Source: Octopus bimaculoides | Lineage: Eukaryota | Direction: 5' to 3' | Length of the DNA stretch: 64,000 nt | Assembly: GCF_001194135.2 (NCBI RefSeq) | Contig: NC_068982.1 | Coordinates: 93,954,094 to 94,018,093, forward strand | Part shown: piece after piece, positions 1 to 12,087 of the stretch | How the letters are laid out: each line of letters starts with the position of its first letter | How positions within the stretch are numbered: the first letter of the stretch is position 1 | Position numbers and translations under genes: made by a program | The notes under the pieces: generated by a model | Database searches by the model: none | What the model saw: only the letters and a program-made list of their open reading frames with translations | What the model was told of the DNA's origin: nothing

Positions 1-864
1 AGTAGATCAAGCTAATACTATTAGGAGAAGATAGTAGAAAGCAGAAGTGGAGATAGAATAAATCACAAGAGAACTGGAAAAGAAAGACCAGGTAGTGGGA
101 AAGACAAAAAACAACATAAGAGATACAGCTCAAACCAGAGAAGAACCTGAAGGGGGAAAAAATGATGATAGGGCTACCAATAAGGAAGGAACAACTGGCA
201 CCAACGACTTAAGTGATTTAAGAGACGAAGATCAGAAAAATTTAGATGAGTTACAGGAAGTAATGAGTAAAGAAGTAAGAAAAAGATTGCCAGCATTAAA
301 AGGCACCAACAGAAGCTGCAAATGTCCCTCGAGAAAAGATTTAGTCAAAGAGAAAGGATTTAGGACAGTAATAGAAGTGTTGAAACAGCGTATCATAGCA
401 GTAGCAGGCAAGCTCTCCAGATATCAAAAACGAATAGATCAGTATCAACAGAATAGATTATTTGAGATAGATCAGAGGAGATTTTATACCCCCCCAAAAT
501 AGTGGAGAACGAAGTACTGAGGATGAGAAACCTAAGGTAGAAGAAGCTAGAAAGTTCTGGAGTAATATTTGGGATAAGCCAGTCAATCATATTGGAGATG
601 CAGTGTTGTTAAAGAAAGTGAGGGAAGAAGTAGTGAGTGAGAAGCAGCCAGATGTAAGATTAACTAGTGCATTAATGAGTAAACTGTTAGGAAAAATGCC
701 GAATTGGAAGGGCCCAGGACCAGATTTAATTCAAGAATACTGGCTAAAGAAATTCAGTAATTTACATGGGAGGCTGAGGGAACAAATTCAACATTGCCTT
801 AATGGAGGAATAATACCATATTGGATGACTAGAGGGAGGACAAAACTCATTATGAAAGATAAGA
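1..864 (+). mobile_element. R4/Dong-like RLE non-LTR retrotransposon, family A, 5' fragment (pre-RT region to start of RT)
   Basis: ORFs 95-502 and 603-872 give ...IIAVAGKLSRYQKRIDQYQQNRLF and KMPNWKGPGPDLIQEYWLKKF...WMTRGRTKLIMKDK. It is collinear with the copy at about 54790-55850 but has an internal deletion, and it breaks off at the (TTA)n tract. Confidence 0.9.
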
Positions 865-868
865 CCTA

Positions 869-872
869 TTAA

Positions 873-927
<55 letters not shown>
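869..927. repeat. (TTA)n microsatellite, the (TAA)n tail of the minus-strand LINE at 928-2290
   Basis: Direct reading; it abuts the same 3' UTR (ttcatacactcaacagattagact) seen at about 52303. Confidence 0.95.
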
Positions 928-2290
928 TTCATACACACTCAACAGATTAGACTATTGGAAAAGAAAAGATTCCTAAAATCGGGCTAAAACAAGTAGCCTT
1001 AGATGCCAAGAACCGTACTATTGGGTAACAGCAATTAATCTTAGATACCAAGAACTCACCTAAGTATCCTGGCTGTCATTAATAACATTTTTTGAGCTGT
1101 ACTAAACTGGTTCTTATGCCTATTTCTTCTGTCCACCTATTCAAATCTTTAGGGATAGTTCCCAATGCACCTGTAATTACTGAGGTACATTTTACTCGCA
1201 CTTTCCATAGTCTCTGTAATTCAATGGCTAGGTCCTGGCACTTTGCTACTTTTTCTATATCTGTTATATTGATTATTTCATCATTTGAAATTGTAAAGTC
1301 AATTATCTGACACTTTCTATTCTCTTTATCTATTACTAGCAAATCAGGCCTTCTAACTGCTATTACTGTGTCAGTTTGAATGTTAACGTCCCACATTTTG
1401 TATTTCTTACTTTGTAGTACTTTACTAGGTTCATGTTCATACCATTTATCAGTATGTTCAAATCCTAGCTTTCTACATAACTTCCAGTGGATTACTCTCC
1501 CTAGGTTGTCATGTCGTTTCTTGTATTCTTTCTTTGCCAGCATGCTACATTCACTTTCTATATAAGAAACGCTTTCCTTTTTTTCATTTGCATACTCTAC
1601 GTTGGGAATCTACTTGGTTTTTGTCTATCTTGGCTTTTACCCAATTACTCCTTAATTATTGAACTTGTGCAGCTGCTAACAAACTTTCTGCCTCCTTCTT
1701 CAGATTTCCTTTCTGCAACCATAACTTTGACGCATTACTACTATTTGCTACAACTATCTTTGGGAATCTACCATGCAATGCCTTCTGCTGTAGTGAGATG
1801 ATTTCTGTTCTTTCTTCTGGTTTTTAACTTCGTTTAGGTTTTGGTTTCCCCATGTTTTGCTGTGACTCCAGCAGCTTTTAATAAACTTTCTTCACTATTA
1901 CGTACATAGGAGTCTATATCTACTCTAGCTAGATCCACGCAGTCTTCTACTGATATTAACCCTCTTCCGCCTTCCTTTCTAGGTAAGTATAATCTTGCTA
2001 CTCCTGCCTTTGGGTGGAGTCCTCCTTTCATATTGAGTTCCTTCCTAGTTTTTCCGTCCAGCTTTGCTAATTCAGTTTTTGTCCAGTCTACAAAAGCTGA
2101 TGAGTATCTCAGTCATGATACTGCCCAGGTATTTACAGTCTTTACTTGATTTGGACCATTTACTTCTCAATTTTCGTTTTCATTTCTATAGTTAATATTC
2201 TGTCAGATTCTAGTACTCCTCGATGCTTATAACTCTCTCCTCCCGTGAATGATTTTAATATCTGGCCATCTAGTAATTGAATACCTTCGC
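928..2290 (-). mobile_element. R4/Dong-like LINE family A, 5'-truncated 3' part (RT C-terminus, CCHC finger, RLE domain, 3' UTR)
   Basis: HPKAGVARLYLPRKEGGRGLISVEDC (1834-2031); KKRHDNLGRVIHW...RRPDLLVIDKENRKCQIIDF (1079-1543), a PD-(D/E)xK-type RLE; frameshifts and stops present. Confidence 0.92.
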
Positions 2291-2410
2291 AAAGCACTTT
2301 CAATACAGTAACCATAAGAGCATCACAGCAAACCACAGCACATACCCAAGGCACACAGAGCTGCGCTCGGTAGTGAAGTGAAAGCATGTTATAAAAATAA
2401 AATTACTGAA
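2285..2410 (+). mobile_element. 3'-terminal fragment of a second RLE LINE family (B)
   Basis: ctt cgc aaa gca ctt tca ata cag taa = LRKALSIQ*, the typical 'ILRKVL' end of R4-like ORFs, followed by a short UTR and a (CAA/TAA)n tail. Confidence 0.7.
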
Positions 2411-2435
2411 TAATAACAACAACAACAACAACAAC

Positions 2436-2471
<36 letters not shown>

Positions 2472-2474
2472 CAT
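2409..2474. repeat. (CAA)n/(TAA)n microsatellite
   Basis: Direct reading; it lies between a + strand LINE end and a - strand SINE end. Confidence 0.95.
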
Positions 2475-2690
2475 AATCCTTTGTGCTATAGACACAAGGT
2501 CTGAAATTGTTGGGGAGGAGACTAGTCGATTACATCGACCCCAGTGTTCAACTAGCACTTAATTTATCGACCCGAAAGGATGAAAGGCAAAGTCGAACTT
2601 GGCAGAATTTGAACTCCGAACGTAGCGATGGGCGAGATACCGTTAAGCATTTCGTCCAGCGCGCTAACGATTCTGCCAGTTCGTCGCCTT
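2475..2690 (-). mobile_element. tRNA-derived SINE, family 1
   Basis: The reverse complement reads aaggcgacgaactggcagaatcgttagc (A-box-like)...gagttcaaattc (B-box-like)...ggggtcgatgtaatcgac...aaaggattat; many similar copies occur in the window. Confidence 0.9.
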
Positions 2691-2710
2691 CATATAGTGA
2701 TAATAATAAC

Positions 2711-2895
2711 AATCCTTTTTTACTGGAAGCACAAGGCTTCAAATTTGTAGGAAGGGGACTAGTTGATTACATCTACCCCAGTGTTTCACTGGTACTCAAT
2801 TTATCGACCCCGAAAGGATGAAAGGCAAAGTCACCCTCGGCAGAATTTGAACTTAGAATGTAGCGACGGGGGAAACACCGCTAAGCATTTCGTCC
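2711..2895 (-). mobile_element. SINE family 1, 5'-truncated
   Basis: Same body as 2475-2690, separated from it by a short (TAA)n. Confidence 0.88.
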
Positions 2896-2924
2896 ATAAT
2901 GGTAATAATGATGATGATGAGGAT

Positions 2925-3883
2925 GATCGAGCCATCACAGAGGACTGTACAAAGAGAAAAACAAACCTGAATATGACTTGGATTTATAACTAAAATGTGT
3001 TCGACAAAATTCCACACTCGTGGATACTGGAGTCTCTCCACACAAATAAAGCAGCTCCAACACTACTAAAATATATCAACCATGCAATGACAAATTGGAA
3101 CATTGAAAAATGAATTACAAATCATTAAAACCTGCCCTATTAGAAGCGGAATTTTCTAAGGCGATTCATTGTCCCCCCTACTGCTTTTCTGCCTTACTCT
3201 AATTCTGCTGACAAACTTGTTAAATGAAATCACTATGCGTTACAGATGCTATGAACAGACTATAAATAACTTCCTGTGTATGGATGACTTAAAAATTTTC
3301 ACTAAAAATACCACTGAACAGAAAAACCTTCTACAAATTGTCAATAGTTTCAGCAAGGATGTCAGGATGAGCATAAGACTGGACAAATGTGCCGAAATGA
3401 CATGGAAGAGAAGCAAATTAATCAGCACTGGAAACACTGCACTCGACATAGACACAAAAATGAGACAATTAGACCACAATCACTCATACAAATATCTAGA
3501 AATAGGCAATATAACTAAACTACAACACACAGAAATGAAAGAGAAAATTAGAAGCGAACATTACAGAAGAGTTGAGTAAAATTAAACATTGAACTCAATG
3601 CCAAAACTAAGATAAGAATAAACACGCTAGCCATACCAGTCATTAATTACAGCTTCAACATAATAAACTGGAAGATTAGTGAATCGAGAAACTTAGAGAA
3701 ACCAGGAAACTATTAACAACACACCGAAGCCACTACCCCAAAGCAAATACAGAAGGTATATATCTACCCTGCTCAGAAGGAGGTCATGGCCTGACAAATA
3801 GAAAACTCCTATAAAATAACGAGAATTGGACTAGAAAAAATATTTAGAAACAAAAAGTAGACGACTACTACATATAATAAAAC

Positions 3884-3946
<63 letters not shown>

Positions 3947-4445
3947 GAAAATGCCTTTCTCTGTACACAAGGTGGCGACAAAATGCAAAACACAAAGAAA
4001 CTCTACCGAAACACTGATCTCAGATGACATTATAACAAATGATCAAAAAGAGAAAAATATCAACATGGAAACAGAACAACAAAACATACTAAAAGAAGAA
4101 ACAAAGAAAAAAATGACTCCATGGCTTGTACCCTGCAAAGCTTGATAGAGAAGATATAGTAAGCCTAAGTAAAAGCCAGCAATGGCTCAAATGCTATATA
4201 CTAAAAGCAGAAACAGAAAGACCAATGCCTGACCATAAACAATTATAAAAGCAAAATAATGAAAACAAGCCCAAACACCAATTGTAGAACGCGCAACCAA
4301 CAGAGTGAGAAAGTTGACCACATCATCTCTGGATGTCCAGTCCTAGCCTAATCCGAATATATATACAGACATGACCGAGTAAGCAGTTTTATCCACTGGG
4401 CCATACGTCAACACTACACCATAAAAACTAGCAAGAAATACTAGT
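2925..4445 (+). mobile_element. R4/Dong-like LINE fragment (RT domains 3-7 to CCHC finger), degenerate
   Basis: NLNMTWI...IPHSWILE; GDSLSPLLFCL; FLCMDDLKIF (YxDD equivalent); LYLPCSEGGHGL; C..C....KVDHIISGCPVL..SEYIYRHDRV. It is interrupted by (CA)n at about 3884-3944. Confidence 0.88.
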
Positions 4446-4672
4446 ACCATTTATCAACAGTTTTGATTTTATAATGCCGACATATTAGCCAGTGTAGATA
4501 TTGGCCAACTCTGTCTTGTCTTGATTTATACTCTACAGATGCTAAAATTGTATGAGCTATACCTAGATCCTCAACACTACACACTATCCATAAGTAACTC
4601 TGCTAGAAACAGCTCACATTCTATGCAAGAGACATCAATTCAGTAGCAAAACTCAAAGGAAACAATCCACAT

Positions 4673-4795
4673 ATCGACCCCGAAGGGATGAAAGGCAAAG
4701 TCGACCTCAGTGGAATTTGAACTCAAAACGTAAAGACGGACGAAATGCCGTTAAACATTTCGCCCTGCGTGCTAACGATTCCGCCAGCTCGCCTT
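4673..4795 (-). mobile_element. SINE family 1, 5' half
   Basis: gaaaggcaaagtcgacctc...gaatttgaactc...gctaacgattccgccagctcgcctt. Confidence 0.85.
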
Positions 4796-4800
4796 ATTGT

Positions 4801-4804
4801 TGTT

Positions 4805-4860
<56 letters not shown>

Positions 4861-4895
4861 CAACAACAACAACAAAACAACAACAATGAAGATAA
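4801..4895. repeat. (TAA)n/(CAA)n microsatellite
   Basis: Direct reading. Confidence 0.95.
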
Positions 4896-4899
4896 TAAT

Positions 4900-5100
4900 T
4901 AATTCTGTTTTAGCCACAAGGCCAGTAAATTTTGAAGGAACGCGTTTAGTCTCTACCATCGACTCCAATATTTGACTGGTATATTTTTATTTAATCGAGT
5001 CCAAATTGATAAAAGGCAAAACTGACCTCGTTGGGCTTTGAAATTAGAACGTAGAGTCTAACACATAGCAGAAGTAATTTTGTTTGACGCTATAATGATC
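4900..5100 (-). mobile_element. SINE family 1, old degenerate copy
   Basis: aaaggcaaaactgacctcg...gaaattagaacgtag, a weak match to the family body. Confidence 0.6.
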
Positions 5101-5726
5101 TTGTCAATACACTGCTTGGCACTAGAAACGATTTTTCTGTTTGTGCGTTTGTCTGCTGATTCCAGAACAAACTATATTTCCTACTACAACCGCCTTTCTA
5201 TGCATATTTTCCCCCTTTACAATTAGAATATTGATTTCACTACGTATTTTCTAATGGAGGTAGTTAGTCACCGTCGTATGTTTAGCTGCGTTCAAAGTAG
5301 ATCATCTAACAGAGATTTGATTTATGGTTTCCTGTAACTGGAAACAAACGACATTTAAATTTAGTCTTTCAGGTGAAGTATATATCTTTTGATAATGGAG
5401 ATGCAGGATAGGGTGATCGAGAGCTATTCTAAATAATTCTTCTGATTTTCCTTTCAGAAATGAATTCTAGAAGAAAAATTATGTTTTCTAGTTGCTACAG
5501 GGATTATTGATGTTTTTCGCTATAATTAAATTTAAATCTAATTTCTGCGTTCTTTTACAGGATTAGTTCATGAGTATTTCACAAACACTTGCAACTCTGT
5601 TGGTGGTGAATCGACAAAGTTATTTCGACATCTGAGGAAATGTTTTTGCTATGTTTATTACAACTTTTATCTGTTCAAATCCCACTGAAGTCACCTTTGT
5701 TATGTTCGGATGTAAATTGCCAAGAT

Positions 5727-5838
5727 TCTTCTTCTTCTTCTTCTTCTTCTTCTTCTTCTTCTTCTTCTTCTTCTTCTTCTTCTTCTTCTTCTTCTTCTTC
5801 TTCTTCTTCTTCTTCTTCTTCTTCATCTTCTTCTTCTC
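5727..5838. repeat. (TTC)n microsatellite
   Basis: Direct reading. Confidence 0.97.
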
Positions 5839-5850
5839 ATTATCATTAAT

Positions 5851-6071
5851 AAGGCGGCGAGCTGGCAGAATTGTTAGCACGCCGAGCAAAATGCTTAGCG
5901 GTTTTTCGTCTGCCGCTACGTTCTGAGTTCAAATTCCGCCGAGGTGGACTTTGCCTTTCATCCTTTTGGGGTAGATTAAATAAGCACCACTTACGCATTG
6001 GGGTCGATGTAAACGACATAATGCCTTCCCCCAAATTTGAGGCCTTGTGCTTCCAGTAGAAAGGATTATTA
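5851..6071 (+). mobile_element. SINE family 1, full length
   Basis: aaggcggcgagctggcagaattgttagc (A box), gagttcaaattcc (B box), ends aaaggattattat. Confidence 0.92.
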
Positions 6072-6079
6072 TCATTGAT

Positions 6080-6251
6080 AAGGCGGTGAGCTGTTAGAAT
6101 CGTTAGCATGCCGGACGAAATGCTCAGTGGCATTTCGTCTGTCTCTACGTTCTGAGTTCAAATTCCGCCGAATTCAACCCTTTCAGGGTCGATAAAATAA
6201 TACCAGTTGAGTATGAGGCCGATGTAATCGATTAAGCCTCTCCTGTCAAAT

Positions 6252-6308
<57 letters not shown>
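6080..6308 (+). mobile_element. SINE family 1, tandem second copy with (TTA)n tail
   Basis: aaggcggtgagctgttagaatcgttagc...gagttcaaattccgcc; (TTA)n at about 6254-6308. Confidence 0.9.
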
Positions 6309-6310
<2 letters not shown>

Positions 6311-7012
6311 ACGAACCACTATAATCTGATAAATCAATGGAGAAAACTTTCTTCAGTCACTTTCCTGCCATAAAATGTAGGTAAAATTATTTTTCAAAGA
6401 AGAAATAAACAGAAATGAAGACTTCAGTTTGTATATTATTTGGTCTTTTACAAGTCTCACTTTCTCTCGAATGTGAATGTATTAGTAGATTTATGTTGTA
6501 TACAGCAGTCTGGTATTGATGTTGCTTGTCATTAGAGAATTCATTCTTTTTCTATCACGAATAATGATAACGTCTCAGACACATTTCTTTGCTCGGTTTA
6601 ATACCATCACCAGCATCTTGAGTGTCTTTAGCGGAGTACACTGTTTTATGTATTCAGCAAAGATCTCAGGCTTGATATATTGATATATTATATCATCGAT
6701 ATATTGATGGTCTTGTATCATAATGCAGTAATCCACGAATTTTGGTTTCTTATTCTCCCTTTTCCACTAAAGCTCCGGTTTCGGAGGCCCCGGAAAGAGG
6801 TCATTGGTTCTACCATTCTGCCGTGACCGAACCTTAAAGAATTGGCAACCTTAATGATTTCTCTTAACCAGGCACAAGGATAAGGCAACAGGAACTGTTC
6901 AGAATAGTACTAGAACTTATTTCACCGACTCACTAGAGATGAGATTTGTCATTAGGACGTAGAAATGTAGGACTTACGTTGTAAAGGCTATCAGTCCGAT
7001 GTTCTACGGTTT

Positions 7013-7102
7013 TTATCGATGTGCCAACAACGACAGTAATGACAACCATACTATCACTGCCAATGTACCGCCACCAGTACCTCGACTGCACACAGCGAAG
7101 AG
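7013..7102 (-). CDS. Candidate terminal exon of a host gene: LFAVCSRGTGGGTLAVIVWLSLLSLLAHR* (GPI-signal-like C-terminus)
   Basis: Acceptor gtctgtctctttAG; 90 nt open in phase 0 to TAA; locally GC-richer than the flanks; small residues followed by a hydrophobic tail; phase matches the exon at 21317-21262. Confidence 0.5.
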   Translation of the reverse strand, partial: LFAVCSRGTGGGTLAVIVWLSLLSLLAHR

Positions 7103-7929
7103 CTAAAGAGACAGACTACGTGGCTTTTAGAACTACTTGAAAGAGTAAATAAATTTTAATGAAATTACACTCTACCATCTTGAATGAGAAAAAGCACACG
7201 TTAAAGAATGCATTTCTACTTATAAAAGAAGGGACGGTTATAATTGGAATGCATTTAGTCTTAGGTGTGCATGGTCAAAATTGACTAATAGTAAACAACA
7301 AGAACAATGACGAAGACAACAACTACAACAACGACTGCAAAAAATATTACAGAAGCCGCTTCGCAAATATTTCAAGATAAATAAAAAAAAATCATTCTAA
7401 TAATGTTGTTCATTTTCGCCTCTATGTGGCCACAACCTGATAACCAGTCCTCCAAATTATAGGTTGTGCGAATCCCATCTTGCACACACTATAGTTAGAA
7501 ATGGGTAAGGATACATTAGATAATGTGGTTCTACACATAATCATCCCGTCAATACAGACAGTAATAAGAAACTGTAAAATGTCGTAAGGTCATGTGTAAC
7601 AGTTAACAGAAGTTATGGGGTGGCAGCGCTAAGCAGTGATGTGTATGAGTACAAGGCTATGTATAATAATTAAGAGAAGAACAGCAACAATAACGACAAC
7701 CTCAAACATCAATACTCAGTGAAAACGTATAATTACCAATATCAATAATACCAAGAGCACTCAGAGAGCGCAAACCTCCACCAAGGCAACACCAACGTTC
7801 TCTCAACGATTAACCAGAAATGATTTTTAAAATGAGAATATCTGAAATAAACTCGACTGATCTCACAAACGAGAATACTAACAATCAACCCGACCGCTCT
7901 CAAAAAGGAAGTAAAAAAACAGGAAAAAT

Positions 7930-8130
7930 AATCAAGAACCCTTGTCCGGCACCGGATCGATTCCAAAATCTAATCTGTTCGTGCTAGTAACGAGGCTAAA
8001 CATCCCTGAAAGTTTCATCTGAAACCTTCCAGCGGTTCTTGAGATATCTTGTCCACGGACAAAGAAAAGAAGAAACAAACAAACACGACTGAAAGCAATA
8101 CCTCCACCTTCGCTAAGGCAGAGAAAATAA
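7930..8130 (+). mobile_element. Helentron/DINE-1-like non-autonomous element, 3' part
   Basis: aacatccctgaaagtttcatc...gcggttcttgagatatc...acaaacaaacacgactgaaagcaatacctccaccttcgctaaggcaga, the typical HINE 3' block with a degenerate terminal hairpin (recognised from memory). Confidence 0.55.
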
Positions 8131-8169
8131 TAATAATGAATTGGTTTATTTGCTACAAAGGTGTAGAAA

Positions 8170-8345
8170 CCCCAGAGTGGAGTGAGATTTGAACATAGAC
8201 TGTAAAGAGTAGGACAAACACGCTAAGTACTTTTTCGGTATGCTAAAAATCTTGCCAGATCACCAGGTACAAGGCCAGCAATTATGAGAAGAGGAGGTAG
8301 GTAAGTCGATAGCATCAACCCCAGTCCTTGATTGGTGCTACAGCT
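8170..8345 (-). mobile_element. SINE family 1, degenerate
   Basis: gagatttgaacatag...gtcgatagcatcaaccccagt...ttggtgcta. Confidence 0.55.
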
Positions 8346-9263
8346 ATATTAACACTAGCACCACTAAAAATGACAAGCCACATCATGACAGTGAAGAAAA
8401 GAATTACTTACATGATATAATTCAGGAAATTATATTGCTACACGCGCGCGCGCGCACACACACACACACACACATGTAAGTGTATTGAATATCTTAAAGA
8501 ATTGAACTTGGGAAAATGTCCGAGATAAGTTGCTGTTATTAAAGTTCTAATTTTCTTGATTATCAATGTCATCTTTTAAGTGCGTATTTACGGTTTACTA
8601 CTTTTCCATAGATTTGGTCTTTGATGGTTTTCAAGTGCCTTATTTGTGGATATATAATTACAAACCAGATTCAAACTTGAGACTTTTATTTCTAGAATAA
8701 AGAGTAGTAATATTCTTATTCACTTTCCTTTTTATTAATTGCTAGAATTCCCCTCCCCTAAATAAAAACAATAATCAAATAGAGAATGATTAATAGAAAC
8801 GTTTTGAGTGAACATAATTTCTGACATAAAGAAATGCGATCATAGAAGAACACAATAACAATAACGTTAAAAACAATCTGGCAGAGACAACCTCCACGAT
8901 GATGACTTTTTAAGTAAAAATAAAAATAAAAACAAAAATAAAAACAACTACAAAAATCTAAGTCATCTTAAACTTTAAGTGAATGGTTTTTATCATTGTC
9001 AATGTATTTCAAACTTCTGACTGAAGTGCTCTGTTTTCAGGATCATAAAAGAGATAACTTTTGGAAGTTTTCGCCTGTTTAAGGCCTTTAGAATCAAGGC
9101 ATTCAATGAAAAAGAAATTATTCGACTGTTAAAAGAATCGTACTTAAATTAATTAACTTGATGTTAACTCTCATTTAATACTGAAAGTATCGAAAGGCGA
9201 ACTGGAAAAATACGCGAACTGGGCAAAACAACATACACTTGATTTCTATTAAACCGAGAAATA

Positions 9264-9358
9264 ATGTAATGTACATACATACATACATACATACATACAT
9301 ACATACATACGTACATGCGTGCATGCATGCATACATACATACATACATACATACATAC
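9264..9358. repeat. (CATA)n microsatellite
   Basis: Direct reading. Confidence 0.95.
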
Positions 9359-9588
9359 GGAAACGGTCCGTAGATGAAAACTTTTAGCATTACCTATGTA
9401 TTGTACGTTTTTTTTATATAGTATATATACATATCCTTTTGTAATGTACACGTTTTTAATATAATACATATAAATTTGTAATATCATATCATATCGTATA
9501 TATTTACCCACTATATGTTAAATCATACTGTACGTTTATATATCGTAATGTATTGTCTTAAATTGTTAAATATTTTTATACAACTTGG

Positions 9589-9770
9589 NNNNNNNNNNNN
9601 NNNNNNNNNNNNNNNNNNNNNNNNNNNNNNNNNNNNNNNNNNNNNNNNNNNNNNNNNNNNNNNNNNNNNNNNNNNNNNNNNNNNNNNNNNNNNNNNNNNN
9701 NNNNNNNNNNNNNNNNNNNNNNNNNNNNNNNNNNNNNNNNNNNNNNNNNNNNNNNNNNNNNNNNNNNNNN
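9589..9770. other. Assembly gap (N) next to (TA)n
   Basis: Run of N. The other gaps are 24647-25307, 25767-25776, 37758-37767, 40614-40777, 43561-43570, 51173-51182, 56155-56272, 57977-58122 and 60080-60340. Confidence 1.
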
Positions 9771-9812
<42 letters not shown>

Positions 9813-10870
9813 GTATACATACGCATGCATGTACGGTGGGAGATAGTTCCAGATGCGTTTCAATATTATAAGATCTCAGATATTTAGCCAAGCACAAGCG
9901 TCACCATCTTGATATAGCAATGATGCAAGAATAACTAAGTAAATGTAAATAATAAATCACTTGTAGATGCAGTAGAAAAATTAATATGTTCAGGGAATAA
10001 ATTATTCTCAGACACATTCAGATGAAAATATGAGAAAAAGAAACAAACAATAATTAAGTTAGTGTTGTTCAAATTAGTTTTAATTTGCAGTTTTCATATA
10101 CTACATTTGAAAATATTCTTTTCGAAAATATTCATCATTCAGACTGTTGAATTCCACCTGGAAACCGTAGGAGCCGTCACCATCAAACTGTTGCGGCATA
10201 TCAAATAACTATTAAATATTAAATACAATAATAGTTTGTAAAATTAAAATTCACCACCAAACGATTACTAGGAAATGAAGGAATATATATGACCATCTTA
10301 ATTATGTATGAAGATCAGTGTTGTAACATACATTCTATTATTCTGTAACTGATTTAAGTTTTTGTACAGTTGCTAAATCAGTGAAACTGCTTTCAAGAGT
10401 AGTAGTCGAGTACAATCGACCGTAGCACGTATTGGTACTTATTTTGTCAATCACTATTTATCGAAGGACTAGGTTTCCTTTTGACTTAAGAGATAACAAC
10501 TTGTAACACAGGTATACATACATACTTGCAAACATGCACACGTACATACATGGCTGCATCTCGATTTCAAGTAACGTCATCGTTCGGTTGTTCTATTAAA
10601 CACGAGTAGTATAGCTGTGATTTTCAGTATTGTTAGGGACATATACTCTTTTGCACCGATGTGGCACCTCTGGCAGCAGGTGTTCAGATATCTCATTACT
10701 AACACCGACACTTCTTCCTTCCATTTTGGAATTTTTCATCGAGTGTTTTGCTTTTTTAGGGTACAGCCAACCATAATATGCAATACACGATAGAGATGTT
10801 AACAGAAATGTTAAAAATCAGGCAATGCCTCTACCTGTACATACATACATACATACATACATACATACAC

Positions 10871-10930
10871 ACCATCACTCGGACTGTAAAATACTGTAAA
10901 ACTTTGGAGAAGTTTAGCATTTAAGTGTAT
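10871..10930 (+). mobile_element. Very short 3'-end fragment of a (CATA)n-associated RLE LINE
   Basis: ccatcactcggactgtaaaatactgtaaaactttggagaagtttagc matches 26083-26130; it starts directly after (CATA)n. Confidence 0.6.
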
Positions 10931-11004
10931 ATGGGCACCTACTAAACAACAGCAGCAAAAATAAATATATTAACGCAGTCCTGAAAAGTGAAATGAGCAA
11001 CATT

Positions 11005-11981
11005 GTACGAGTTTGGCAGTGAATTCCTCAAGAAACATTATTTTCCTGATGATCTATACAGCCCCAAAACAGCTGGGCTCTCTTACCTCAGCATACAAAA
11101 AAAAAAAGATCATGCATGGGTATGTTACCCCGAAGTTTGAAGAAGACAGTAGAATTGACCCGAAGCGCAGCCTCTCTTGGACACAAGACCACTACATCCT
11201 ATCACACTTTGAAAGATATGCGTTTGCAATCCAGAAACAGGAGATTGCCACAAAGTACTTGATCAACAAGAGAGACAGTGATACTCTTGTAATCCCAAGG
11301 TGCAACTGCATGTGCAGGTTATGTCATGTTTCTGTGGAAGACATTACGCATGTGATTAGCAACTGTCCTAAAATGTCGTCACGGTATTACCTCTCTATGC
11401 AGCACGTTGTTGTTGCTAAAACAATTTACAATGCCATCCACAAAAAGACTGTCCTGAAATAAACTTAGAAAATATCTCTCTAATGGAATACATTCATAAA
11501 CTGCAACTCAAGGAATACTGGTGGAAAATTCCCATCAAAACTTTTGTCAAGTGTAAGCATAACAAACCGGATATTGTTGTTTGGGACGGTGGGGGCGGGA
11601 AGGGTAGCTGTCCTGCAGATATAAATATCGCTTTGAAAATCAAAGAAAAAGAGAACAACTGCTTCGAAACCTCCAACTTCTATATCCAGACATTGAATTC
11701 ATATTCATACCAATAATAACTGGCGCACTAGGTTTTGTTAGTAAATGTTTAAAGGAGAATCTAGATAAACTGGGATTTTCAGAAAGAGAAATTGACCGGC
11801 CGACTTGCACATTACAAGTCCAATCGGTGAGTGGAACAGTAAAAATATACAAGACTTTTCTCAAGTTCCAAATGTGAATTTGTCTGTGTTAACTACATTC
11901 CAAAGACGGAGCCTTGTATCTTTGTTGGAAACCGGCTCCCTCCTCAGTGGAAGATTTATAATAATAGTAAAATAGAAGAGA
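11005..11981 (+). mobile_element. R4-like RLE LINE, 3' part (CCHC finger, RLE, UTR) with (CATA)n tail
   Basis: AIQKQEIATKYL...CRLCHVSVEDITHVISNCPKMSSRYY; EYWWKIPIKT...KHNKPDIVVWD; FIPIITGALG...GTVKIYKTFLKF*. Confidence 0.88.
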
Positions 11982-11992
11982 CATACATACAT

Positions 11993-12025
<33 letters not shown>

Positions 12026-12087
12026 TACATACATACATACATACATACATGCATACATACATACATACATACATACATACATACATA
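11982..12087. repeat. (CATA)n/(CA)n microsatellite
   Basis: Direct reading. Confidence 0.97.

Noticed and set aside
5300-7102. Alternative 3' structure using donor GTAAGT near 6978 and a last exon LQETINQISVR* near 5335
   Set aside because: It needs a different frame for the 7102 exon and a second donor at the upstream exon, and it gives a less coherent peptide. It is kept only as a possible isoform or UTR intron.
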